Assembly (NCBI RefSeq): GCF_009914755.1
Contig: NC_060928.1
Source: the human T2T-CHM13v2.0 reference genome, Homo sapiens
Reading direction: 5' to 3' (one strand)
DNA: 64,000 nucleotides
Of the stretch, positions 19,444-31,170 are shown one piece after another. The position numbers and the translations under genes were made by a program. Under the pieces are notes generated by a model. The model worked only from the letters and a program-made list of their open reading frames with translations, searched no databases and was not told where the DNA came from. Numbering within the stretch: the stretch's first letter is position 1; every line of letters begins with the position of its first letter.

Positions 19444-20988
19444 GTCGGAAGCCAGCGGCCGTGGACCACGCGGAGCCGCCAGCCCGGGGCATGTTCTGAG
19501 ACTTCAGGGAACCCGGCCCGAGCTCCGGGAATGGCGTGGGTATGGCGACCCCGCGCAGCCCCCCGGCCGCAGTGCAGGCAGCCCAGCAGAAGTTCCACCT
19601 CGTGCCAAGGATCAGCAACATGAGTGGCAGTGAGGAGCTGCAGTGGATGGTACAGCTTCATTTTCTGGGGCCCAGCAGTTGCCCCAGGCCTCTGACCTAC
19701 CCTTAGTCCAGCCCCCTACAACCCCAGCCAGGAGCCATCCGGGCCCTGGGGCCGCCTCCAGTGGGGTGTCCAAGGCCTTGTGAACAGATCAGCCCGGAGG
19801 AAGAGGAGCGCCGCCGAGTAAGGCCCGAGCGGAACAAGCTGGCTGCGGCCAAGTGTAGGAACTGGAGGAAGGAACTGACTGACTTCCTGCAGGCGGAGAC
19901 TGATAAACTGGAAGATGAGAAATCAGGGCTGCAGCGAGAGATCGAGGAGCTGCAGAAGCAGAAGGAGCGCCTGGAGCTGGTGCTGGAAGCCCACTGACCC
20001 ATCTGCAAAATCCCCGAAGGAGCCAAGGAGGGGTACACAGGCGGTACCAGCGGCACCAGCAGCCCGCCAGCCCCCTGCCGCCCTGTACCTTGTATCTCCC
20101 TTTCCCCAGGGCCTGTGCTTGAACCTGCGGCACTGCACACCCCCAAGCTCATGACCACACCCTCCCTAACTCCTTTCACCCCCAGCCTGGTCTTCACCTA
20201 CCCCAGCACTCCTGAGCCCTGTGCCTCAGCTCATCACAAGAGTAGCAGCAGCAGCGGAGACCCATCCTCTGACCCCCTTGGCTCTCCAACCCTCCTCGCT
20301 TTGTGAGGCACCCGAGCCTTACTCCCTGCAGGTGCCACCCTAAGCAACGTCTGCTCCCCTTCCCCCACCAGTCCAGCTGGCCTGGACAGTATCCCATACC
20401 CAACTCCAGCAGCTGCTTCTCCATCCCTCTAATGAGACTAACCATATTGTGCTTCACAGTAGAGCCAGCTTGGGGCCACCAAAGCTGCCCATTGTTTCTC
20501 TAGAGCTGGCCTCTCTAGCACAATTTGCACTAAATCAGAGACAAAATATTTCCCATTTCTGCCGGAGGAATCCTGGAAGCCCAGAGACTTTGTAGATCCT
20601 TAGAGGTCCTCTGGAGCCCTAACCCCTTCCAGATCACTGCCACACTCTCCATCACCCTCTTCCTGTGATCCAACCCTACCCCCGTGACAGAAGGTGCCAC
20701 TTTACCCACCTAGAACACCAACTCACCAGCCCCACTGCCAGCAGCAGCAGGTGATTGGACCAGGCCATTCTGCCGCCCCCTCCTGAACCGCACAGCTTGG
20801 GAGGTGCCCATGGCTTCTGTGATGAGCTGATCTGCAGATCTCAGCTTTGAGAAGCCTTCAGCTCCAGGGAATCCAAGCCTCCACAGTGAGAGCAGCTGCT
20901 ATTTATTTTCCTAAAGAGAGTATTTTTATACAAACCTACCAAAATGGAATAAAAGGCTTGAAGCTAAAAAAAAAAAAAAAAAAAAAAA
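19444..20988 (+). pseudogene. FOSL1P1: Processed pseudogene of FOSL1 (Fra-1), sense to the host gene
   Basis: Intronless copy with ATG 19491 to TGA 20306 (272 codons, the FOSL1 length). Stops at 19497 (TGA), 19704 (TAG) and 19995 (TGA). bZIP and C-terminal ...GSPTLLAL recognisable. 3'UTR, AATAAA 20948-20953, A23 tail 20966-20988, TSD core CTGGAAAGAGA at 19433-19443 and 20989-20999. Confidence 0.95.
20948..20953 (+). terminator. Canonical poly(A) signal AATAAA inherited from FOSL1 mRNA
   Basis: AATAAA lies 12 nt upstream of the retro poly(A) tail. Use in this intronic context is unproven. Confidence 0.6.
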
Positions 20989-21099
20989 CTGGAAAGAGAA
21001 GAAAACCTAGAGAAATAAGGCTGGCATTTGGGTCTTCATTTCCCTCAGACTCATCTGCCAGTTCCATCCTAAGCCTCAAGCTTTTAGTAATAGTGTCTG

Positions 21100-24000
21100 A
21101 TCCTCAAAAAATAATTAGGAATATTAGAAGACAATATGATATGATAGAAAAAAAACAAAAGAAACAACAGGAAATAGAAACAGACCCCTAGTGATCCAGA
21201 AAATAGAGTTATCAAGCAGACTTTGTTTTTAATAAGTTAAAAAATAAAAGATAAGATGGAGAATTTCAGTATAGAGCCAGAAACTTTAAAAAATAATCAA
21301 GTGGAAATTTTAGAAATACAAAATATGATAATCAAGTGCAATGGGTAGGCTTAATAGTAGATCAGGACAGTGAAGAGATAATTATTAAACTGGAAGATGG
21401 ATCAAAAGAAAAATCCAGAGTGAAGCATTGAGCAAAAAGATGGAAAATACAGAAAAGGGTGTAAGAGACATAGTCTAACACATATCATTGGATCCTCCAA
21501 TGGGGGAAGAGAGAGAGAATAAAGCGTAAGTAATATTTGAAGAGATTATGGGTAAGAATTTTCCAAAACTGATGAAAGACACCAAAGGACAGATTCTAGT
21601 CCTAAAAACTTCAAAGAAGATAAATACAGAGAAAACCTCATCAAGACCATATAAAACAACTGAAAACAAAAGCTGGATAAAAAGGACAGATTACAAGCAT
21701 TAATAGTAAGACTTACAGCTAACTTCTCAGTAGAAATAATGGAGGTGAGGGAACAAAGGGATGATGTAGTTACAGTGCCTGAAAGAAAGGGAAAATAGTG
21801 TTCAAGAATTAAGGTAAACAAATAAGTGAATTGTACGCTTAAATAGGTGAATTTATGAGATGTAAAATAAAGCTCTAAATAAACCTGTATAAAAATGAAG
21901 GTAAAATAGAGATATTATCAGAGAAATGAAAACTATGAAAATTTATTTGCAGCAGATCTGCTTTAAAGAAAATACTAAAGGGAATTTTTCAGGCAGAGGA
22001 CAATGATTCCAGAAAGAAGGTTGGAGATGCAGGAAGAAATGAAGAGCAATGGGAAGGGTAAATATGTGTATATATTTAAATAAATAGTGGCAATAAACAC
22101 AACAACGCTGGTGTAACTCTATTTACTCTATCAGGCAAAGTAGGTTTTTAAGGCAAAACTTATTCAAGATATAAAGATGGATATTTTATAATCATGACAA
22201 GTTTCATTGCCTTAGAAGATATAATATTTCTAAATTTGTGTGCATCTAATAATGTAGCTTCAAAGTACATAAAATTTGCAGGCAAATAGGTGCATTCATA
22301 ATCATAGTGGGAGATTGTAACACACACCTTTCGTATAAAGAAAGGTGTAAGATGGAGCAATCAGAACCAAAAAATCAGTAAGGTTATACAAAATGTGAAT
22401 GCAGTTTAGAAAAGTGAATTCCAGATGGATTATAGTTCTAAACGTGAAACACAAAATAATAAAACTTATAGAAATAATAGCTCAGTAATATTTCAGTGGG
22501 GAAGATTTATTGAACAGGAAGCACAATGAAGGAAATGATTGATAAATTGCACTACATTAAAGGACTTCTTTTCATCAAGATACTATAAGAGAATAAAAAG
22601 GCAAGTTAAAAAAGTGTCAAAAAGTATTTACAATATTTTATAAAGAACTCTTACAAATCAATAAGAGAAAGACAACCCTATAGAAAAATGAGCAATAGTA
22701 TTGAATAGTCATCTCAACAAAAGAAGCTATCCAAATCAGCAAATATACTCAAGCTTTTCAGCCTCATTAGTAATCAGAGAGATACAAATTAAAGCTGCAG
22801 TGAGATAACACATATACCTACCAGGATGACTACATTAAAAACTTTTTCTGAATATTTATTTTGAGATATTTATAGATTCACAGGAAGTTGCAAAAAGTGT
22901 ACAGAGAGGTACTGTGTACCGTCACTTCCCTTCAAAAGTCACATCTTATATATAACTATATATACATCTTATGTAACTATAGCACAATGCTGGGCAAGGT
23001 AGCTCATGCCTGTAATCCCAGCTGTTCTGGAGGCTGAGGCAGGAGGATTGCTTGAGGCCAGGAGTTCAAGACCAGTGTGGGCAACATAGTGAGACTTCAT
23101 CTCTTAAAAAAAAAATTAAAAAAAAAAAATTAGCCTGTCATGGTGGCATGCACCTGTAGTGCCAGCTACAGGTTGAGGTGGGAAGATCACCTGGGCCCAG
23201 GAGTTCAAGGCTACAGAGAGCTGTGGTCGTACCACTGCGTTCCAGTCTGGGCAACAGAGCAAGACCCTGTCTCTAGGGAAAAAAAAAAAAAAGGAAATAT
23301 GTTGTGTAATATTAAAACAAGAAAATAGACATTTCTTATCACAAATGTATGTGTATAGTTTTGTGCCATTTTATCACATGTAGATTCATATAACTATCAC
23401 CACAGTCAAGACACTGAACTGTATTATTACCACAAAGTTCTCCCTGTGCTCTCTAAAGTTACCCCTTTAGAGTCTAACCCACCTGCCTCACCTCCACTAT
23501 CCCTAACCCCTGGCAACCACTAATCTGTTCTTCATCTCTATAATTTTGTCATTTTGAGAATGTTACATGATGGAATCACACATTTCTTAGAGCAATTTTA
23601 GATTCATAGCAAAATTGAGCAGAAGATAGATTTTCCATAGATCCTCTTCCCCTACACAAGCATAGCCTCCCGTATTGTCAACATCCCCTACCACAGTGGT
23701 ACATTTGTTGCAGTTCATGAACCTACCTAGATGCATCATTCTCACTAAAAGTTTATAGTTTACATTAGGGTTCATTCTTGTTCAAATGGCTAAATTTTGA
23801 GACTGAAAATACCACACATTGGTGCAGATGTAGATCAACAGGAACTTTAATATACTGCTAATGGGGATAAAAATAGGTACAGCCACTGTGAAAAACTGGC
23901 ATTTTCTACTAAGGCTAAATAGAAACCTACTGCTCAATTCAGCAATTCCACTCCTAAGTAAATATCCAACAAAAATTTGTGTCCCTGTTCCCCAAAAGAA

Positions 24001-24690
24001 GTTTTTGTAAAAACGTATTTATAGGAATTTGTTTGTAATAGCTATAATCTGAGAAAGGACCCAAATGCTCATCAATAGCAGAATGGATTTCTTAAAAACT
24101 TGCAGTGTATTCATATGGTAGGATAGAGCAAGGGTAGACAAATATAGTAAATATCTTAGACTTTGTGGGTCATACGTTGTCTGTGGTCATACATTGTCTA
24201 CCTAACTGCAGTTGTAGCAATGAAGTAGTCATAGGCAATATGTAAACAAATGAGTGTGTTTATGTTCCAACACAGCCATTTATAAAAACAGGCTTTAGCC
24301 TTTGGGCCTGTAGTTTGCTGACCTCTGCTGTAGAGCCACAAACTGTGGTTACATGCACGTACATGGATCAGTCTTATAAACATAATTTTGCATGAAAGAA
24401 ACCATATGGTGTAATTCAATTTTTATAAAGTTCAGAAACATGCAAAACACCTACTGTATTGAAGGTGTATGAGCTATTTTGGGGGAGAAAGAGGAGATCC
24501 TGACCAGAAGGGACATGAAAAGGAAGCTTCTAGGGTGCTAATAATTGCTTTACCTGAATGGTGATTAAGTCTGTTTACCTTCGATTATTCATTGAGATAT
24601 ATACTTATGATTTGTACACTTCTTGTGTGTGTGTGTGTGTGTATGTTATACATTAATGAATTAGTTAAAAATAAAAATAAACAAAAACAT
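21100..24690 (+). mobile_element. Degraded L1M (ORF1-ORF2-3' end) with nested antisense L1 3' ends, AluJ (22988-23292) and MER58A (24128-24328)
   Basis: A-rich L1 ORF1-like sequence at 21230-22050; MER58 ends caagggtagacaaa...gtttgctgacctctg. Confidence 0.65.
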
Positions 24691-25599
24691 ACACAACTTG
24701 TGTTTCCATCAGGGTAGAATTGTGTTATTTATCTCTGGCATGTAGTAAACATACAATAATTATTTATAGAATTGGGAGTTGCTAATAGCAAGCTCTGTAG
24801 CAAGATAAAGGACAAGAGGAGTGAGCAATGATTCTGATTTAGCCTGAAGAGCTTATTGAAAACTTTTGAGGAAGAAATGTTGATAAATATACATTTTGAT
24901 GTAATTAAAGGTACTTTAGTGAAAAAAGATCATAATCTAAAAGGCTAACATTGGGATTTAATAAATGGTTTGAGCTGACAAGTGACTTCATCTTTGAAGA
25001 CAGAAGGAAAAGATTCTTTTGTTATTAAGAGCAAGCTACAACTATTTTGTAATGATATTTAATTTCCTTCCTGTTTTAAATTTGCTTCAACCCGAAAAAT
25101 TCTTTCTTATGTTTTTTACTTGCTTAAACCCGCTTTGGATGTTGCCCTGTAAAGATTCATGTACCCATTAGTACCATGTGGAGTAGATGTGATATAGGGT
25201 TTTATTGGGAAAAACTTAGAAGAAATAGTGGAGTGTAAGCAGTCCCTCAAACTCCTTTTTTATCTCACAGTTTAGGCCAGACATAGAGGGTCTTTATGGT
25301 TCACCTGGGTGAACCATAGGGTTCAACCTTTAGGGTTCAACCTTTAAGTTCACCTGTGGCCAAGTGAACTTCCAGTAGAGAATGACCTCTACCCTCTGTA
25401 ATGCTCCACACATTTGTAGGTCAGGGCCGGAAACACCTAAGTGACTATGCAATAGTAGTTACAAAGGGGAAGCCTCCAGAACCCCAGAGGCAGGGAGGGG
25501 TCTATTCTTCCTTTGAGCTAACAACTCAAATATACTGAGTCTCTTTGCTGCAGCTATCCAGGGCCATCCAGATTTATCTTTATCACATGCATCCCATTA

Positions 25600-26050
25600 T
25601 TATAAAACAAAGTGAAATCTTCTTGACCCAGTATTAAAGGTCTTCTAGTAGCTTTCTCCAACTTCCTCATCAGTCCTCGTTGCCACTGGTTCTACACAGA
25701 TTTTCTTAGTCACTTAATTACTTTGTAATAAACACATTGCTTTTTCCAAGCTTCTTATCTTTGCTCACATTACCTATTTAGAATGTTTCTCCCTTTCTCT
25801 AAATTCTCATCCTTCAAGAGGTGCTTTTGTCCCATCTCTCCTGTGATGGCTTCCTGATGATCGTAATTCTTACACCAATATCGCTCTTCACATACTACCT
25901 AATATTATTTATTTTTATGTGTTCATTTCTTCCTTTTCATCTAACATATAAATTCCTTAATGGTAGGGAACATGTATTAGATTACTTTGTAACGTCTGTA
26001 ATACCTGGTAGTCTTGTATGTAAATGCTCAACAAATAATTAATGATTAGT
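25600..26050 (+). mobile_element. L2 3' end
   Basis: Ends in aaatgctcaacaaataattaatga. Confidence 0.55.
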
Positions 26051-26294
26051 ATGTGTGGTCTTATAATGTTTTTTAATTATAAAATCATCATAATATTTTA
26101 GGGTGTTATATGCCTCTTAGATTCTGAATGTTGTTATTAAGTATAATGCTAGACTCTTTATTAGAACGTCTTTTTCACTCCATTGTAATTAATCCCTGTT
26201 TTAGAAGTTCATTTTTTTGAGGTTGGTATCAATTATTGTCTGTTGGTTACTCTGTTAGCCAGTTTAGTAATTAGATTCCTCCATTCTACTTCAG

Positions 26295-26418
26295 CAAGAA
26301 GTTGAGAACTTTAAGAAGCTAAATCTCATTAGTAAAGAGCAGTTTGAAAACCTAACACCTGAACTTCCTTTTGAGCCAAACCAAGAAGTTCCTGTAGCAC
26401 CTTCACAGTCCAGGCAAG
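26295..26418 (+). CDS. LARP1B: LARP1B internal coding exon (124 nt, phase 0 to 1): QEVENFKKLNLISKEQFENLTPELPFEPNQEVPVAPSQSRQ
   Basis: Acceptor ttctacttcAG (26293-26294) and donor GTATGT at 26419. Open frame whose peptide matches the LARP1/LARP1B family as recalled. Phase joins the next exons. Confidence 0.95.
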
Positions 26419-26869
26419 GTATGTAAATCTGCTTTTGTGTAAGTGTCTGAATAGTATTAAAGCAGTTCTGAATTGTTTTTAAAAATTGCTCCTTTTTTTT
26501 CTTTATTTGTGGAAAATCATTAGGTAAATGGTAAAATGCTAGAATTTTAAAACTCAACTTTTATCCTTTTGTGAACTTCTATTATCACACCAGATTATGC
26601 TCAAAGCCAGAGGCTTACTTAGAAGTAGGCAGAATTTGTTGGTTCTTTATGTATCTGATGTGATTTTAAGATTGCTGGGAATGTTTCTCTTCCCAAAATA
26701 AAATTTTTCACTGACTCACTGATCCTTAGAATGCGCTAGAGTCATTCTTTTGTTTTAAGGGCTTAGCTCTGTGTGAGAGTGTAAATAAATACATTGGGAG
26801 ATCCATAAATTGAATCTGACATTTCAGACAAGTATAACTGATTTTATTATAGCCTTTTCCTGAAGGTGG

Positions 26870-28400
26870 TTAAAAAAATGATTTATAAAAAGTCACACAT
26901 ATACAAAGATAGAGTGAATTTTATAATAAAACTCCCATGTACCTGCTATACTTAATCATCTCATACCCAATTTTGTCTCGACTCCAGTAACTCCTATACC
27001 TCCCTGTGGATTATTTTTAAACAAATTCTCAATCACATGATTCATATTTTTTTGTCCTTAAAGATTTCTGTATGTGTCTTTAAAAAGATAAGGGCTATAT
27101 CTTTTAACACATAAATAGCAGGACATTATCATATCTAAAATTAACAGTAATTCCTTAACGTTAGATATCTAGTGTTCAAATTTCCTCATTCATCACTTTT
27201 TTTTTCCAGTTTCTTCAAATAGATTGCAATAGATTGATATGTCTTTTTTAGTCTACAGGTTTCTACTATTTTTTGCCTTATAATTTATTGGTCCTTGCAA
27301 TTTGGTATTGAAGAAACTGGGTTGTTTGTCTTGTAGAATTTTTCACATTCTGAATTTTGCTGATTGCATCCCCATGGTTTCATTTAACCTGTTTTCTAGT
27401 CCTGAATTATCTATAACTGTTAGTTCAGCATAGAGACTTGATTAGATTAAGACTCAAATCTCTGTAAGAATATGTCATATGTAGTATTGAATACTATTAG
27501 GAGATACATAATGCTCTATTGTCTCTTTTTGTAATGTTAGCAGTCATTGATGATCAGTGAGTGAAGCTTTTATTTTACTAGGGGTTGCAAAATAGTGATG
27601 ATTCTATTTTTAATCATTACGTCTTACCTTAATAGGTAGAATACTTTTATAAAGAGAACTTTCCCCAGAATATTTATTTATTCTGAGATAGAGTTCTTAC
27701 AGGAAAGTGAGTCAGTGCTGAATTATTTCCCTTTGTTTACTAGTTTCAAAGTACTAGCTGGTTCCTTAACATTCTTTGCTGGTGACTAATGAAGTTTTTG
27801 TTTGTTTGTTTTTAAATGATCATTGTGAACTCATAAATACATGAGATGGGTTTCATTCTATTACAGTTATTATTATTATTATTGATACCTATGCCAGTTA
27901 TCAGTTTATTGACTTTTAGCTCTAAAGCCACCTTTCATTTTCTTGCTCAGTAATAATGGAGTTGGACTGTTAACTTTAATGTTTCCCACCCCACAGAAGG
28001 TTGAGCCCCCACCAAGGTTGAGCTTTGTCAGTACCGGATCTGCTACTCAGTTGGTCCTTGTTTCTAGGCCTTTTGAATAGAAAGAGCTAGGAAATTTTTT
28101 AAGGAGAAAAATATATTACGTATTCATGTTGATATTTTCTGTCTAAATTTAAGATTATAGGTTTTAATTTTAATTTCTTTGATTTTGTAGTTGTATTGCT
28201 TTTTACTTATATATAAAAAATCTTTCTTCCTAACCACAGTAACATAATTATTTATTTGCTAATCCTATGATATAATAGTTCCAGAATAACAATAACATTA
28301 AATAATAATATTATAAATACTGAAAGGTAACTTCTTTTAGAGTTCTTTAAACTGTAAACTTTTAAAAACTTCATACTTTAAAGCTTTCTTTAAAGTTCTT
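26870..28400 (-). mobile_element. L1MC4/5-like 3' fragments with an LTR33-like piece at ~27890-28035
   Basis: tgccagttatcagtttattgacttttagctctaaagccacctttc resembles the LTR33 5' end as recalled. Confidence 0.5.
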
Positions 28401-28782
28401 AGTGTGTCCCACTAGGGCTGTTCAGTTAAATTGCTGGATTTTTTGCCTCGTTAAATTTGAATACTTTAAAATTGAGAATGTATATTCCTTTGCACATCAT
28501 AGAAAGCATACAAGTCACAAATAAGGAGATAAATTTGGCATTGCATGACATTAACAAAGAATTAATATCATAGAAATCTAAAACCTTAAAAATTAATATG
28601 AAAAATGGCAAACATGAATAGAAAAAGTAGTAAATGAAACATGAACATCAGTTTCATATTTGGGAAGACCAAATGGCCAATAAATATGAAAAGAGGCTAT
28701 TTTTACTGAGGTTTTCCAATTAAAACCATAGCAATACGCCATATTATAACCCAGCAGTTTCATTTCAAGAGATACTGTTGCA

Positions 28783-28873
28783 GGCCATTGTGGCTCATGC
28801 CTATAATCCCAACACTTCGGGAGGCCAAGGCAGGAGGATCACTTGAGCCCAGGAGTTTGAGACCAGCCTGGGC
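28783..28873 (+). mobile_element. Tailless 3'-truncated Alu left arm with 11-bp TSD
   Basis: ATACTGTTGCA at 28772-28782 and 28874-28884; no poly(A). Confidence 0.88.
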
Positions 28874-29734
28874 ATACTGTTGCAAATGTTTACCAAGAGA
28901 ACATTTGTAGTATCATTGTTCATAATAGAAAAAAGCAAATGAAAACTAAAAAATGCCCAGTTATAGTAGAATGTATTATAAGATGTGGTGTAGTCATACG
29001 TAGGAAAAATAGGCAGCAGTGGAAAATGAAAGAACTAATGTTACATGTGACAAAATGTGTTAATCTAAAAATATAGGAAAAAATAAAAAAATAAAAAAGG
29101 GATGTATAAAGTAAGCTAGAACAAAGAAGTTCATTCAGTGTAATGCTATTACATAAAGTATAAAATTCATGGATAGATGCATAGCACATAGGAGCCATGA
29201 AGAGAAGCAAGGGGAATTATTAATATAAAAAATTAATATATTAATTTACTCCTGAGGGTGGGGGAAATCCCATCTGGAAGGTCTGCACATGTGTTTGCTA
29301 GCATCTGGAATTTATGTATGTATTGGTCTAGTTGGTCGGTATGAGTGTGTATCAGCTCTATTTTAAAATTTATATATAAATTTATTAATTTTTATTTGTG
29401 TGCTATAATCTCTAGTTTTTAAATATATGAACAGAAAAATATAAAAATAAAGCAAAAATTTAAAAGATAGAATTTGACCAATATATTGCTATGACAGGAA
29501 ATGTTGAATAGATTAATGTTCAAATTAAAAGATAATTTTAATCTTTAAATTAATTGGACTTAAAAAATTCACTCTATGCTAGTTATATGTCATAACATAT
29601 GGAAAGATTGGAAGGTAAAGGATGGGAAATCATATAAAAGAATGATCCTAATAGAAAAGAGTTGGTATTGCTATTACGATATAGAATTTAAGGCATAAAG
29701 AAGGAGTTTATTTTCACTGTCTTCAGTATCTATA

Positions 29735-30535
29735 TTCCTATTTATTCCCTATACCTGCTCCAAACAGGCCTCTGTCCTCCACATCCCAAATCAGCTACTG
29801 ATAATACCACCAGAAATCTCCATATATAAGAGGGGTCAAATCAGTCCTCATCTTACCTGACATCAGCATTAGATCAAATTAATCGCTCTGTCCTGAAACA
29901 CATTTTTACTTCCTGGATACTTATTCACTTATTCTCCTTCTGCCTCATAGAGTCTTTTTTGCTAGTTCTTCAGTGTTTCCCTAACTTCTAAAATTTGGAA
30001 GCTTTAGGACCCAGTCCTCAAATTTCTCCTCTTTTGAATCCTCAATAACTCCTTGTGTAATAGCATCAAGTCTCATGGGTTTTAAAGAGCATTATTATAC
30101 TAATGAGTATCAAATTAATATGTATAGACCAGACCTCCATCCTGTATTTCAGACAAATATTCAACTGTGTGGTTAACAGTACCACTTGTATATTTTATAA
30201 GCATGTTAAATATCATATGTCCAAAATCTAAGTTCTGAATTCCCACCCCTCTCCAAGGACTCTTCCTCCTAGACTTCCACATCTCTAAATATTACCTCCA
30301 TTTTTCCAGTTGCACAGGTCAAAACGTTTGTGTCATTTTTGATCCATTTGTTTTTTAAATTCCGTATCTTATTTATTGGAAAGTTATATTCATATATATT
30401 TAAAATATATCTAGAATCTAACCACTTCTCACTTTCTCCATCTCTATCACCCTGTAAAAGTCACCAGCGTTTTCTCCTTGGTTAATTGTAATGAACTCCT
30501 AGCCTGTCTCCCTCCTTTCATTCTGATCACCCTAC
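29735..30535 (+). mobile_element. L2a fragment
   Basis: Pyrimidine-rich L2 sense motifs (tcagtcctcatcttacctgac, ctagaatctaaccacttctcac). Confidence 0.75.
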
Positions 30536-30569
30536 AAATATCCAGTTATATTTTTTGTTTCCTCTTAAA

Positions 30570-31027
30570 AATATATATAAGGTGTACAACATGATGTTTT
30601 GATATATATATAGTGTAATGGTTACAATAGTTAAGCAAATGAACATATTCATTATCTCACATAGTTACCTTTTTTTGTGGCAAGAGCACCTAAAATCTCT
30701 CTTAGCAAAAATACCAAATATAATATAATGTTATTAGCTATGGCCCTCAGGTTGTACATTAGATCTCTAGACTTATCTATCCTACATATCTGCAACTTGG
30801 TATTTTTTTACCTACATCTCCCCATTCTCCTTCATCCCACCCTTGGTAACTACTGTTTTATTATCTACATCTATATACTTTTTTTTTTAAAGATTCTATA
30901 TATAAGTGACATTATGAAGTATTTTTCTTTCTGTGTCTGGCTTATTTCATTTAGCATAATGTCCTCCAGTTTCATCCATGTTGTAGCAAATGGCAGGATC
31001 TCCTTTTTTAAAGGCTTAATTATATTC

Positions 31028-31096
<69 letters not shown>

Positions 31097-31137
31097 TATA
31101 TATACATATATACATACACACGTGTGTACGTATATAT

Positions 31138-31170
<33 letters not shown>

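Noticed and set aside
19703-20197. 164-aa minus-strand ORF and other overlapping ORFs over the pseudogene
   Set aside because: Antisense shadows of GC-rich FOSL1 coding sequence.
19491-20306. Functional full-length FOSL1 retrogene
   Set aside because: Three in-frame stops, including codon 3, and basic-region substitutions.
25318-25371. CRISPR-like or other prokaryotic repeat-spacer array
   Set aside because: Only two adjacent copies without spacers, in clearly primate DNA; no such array seen anywhere in the window.
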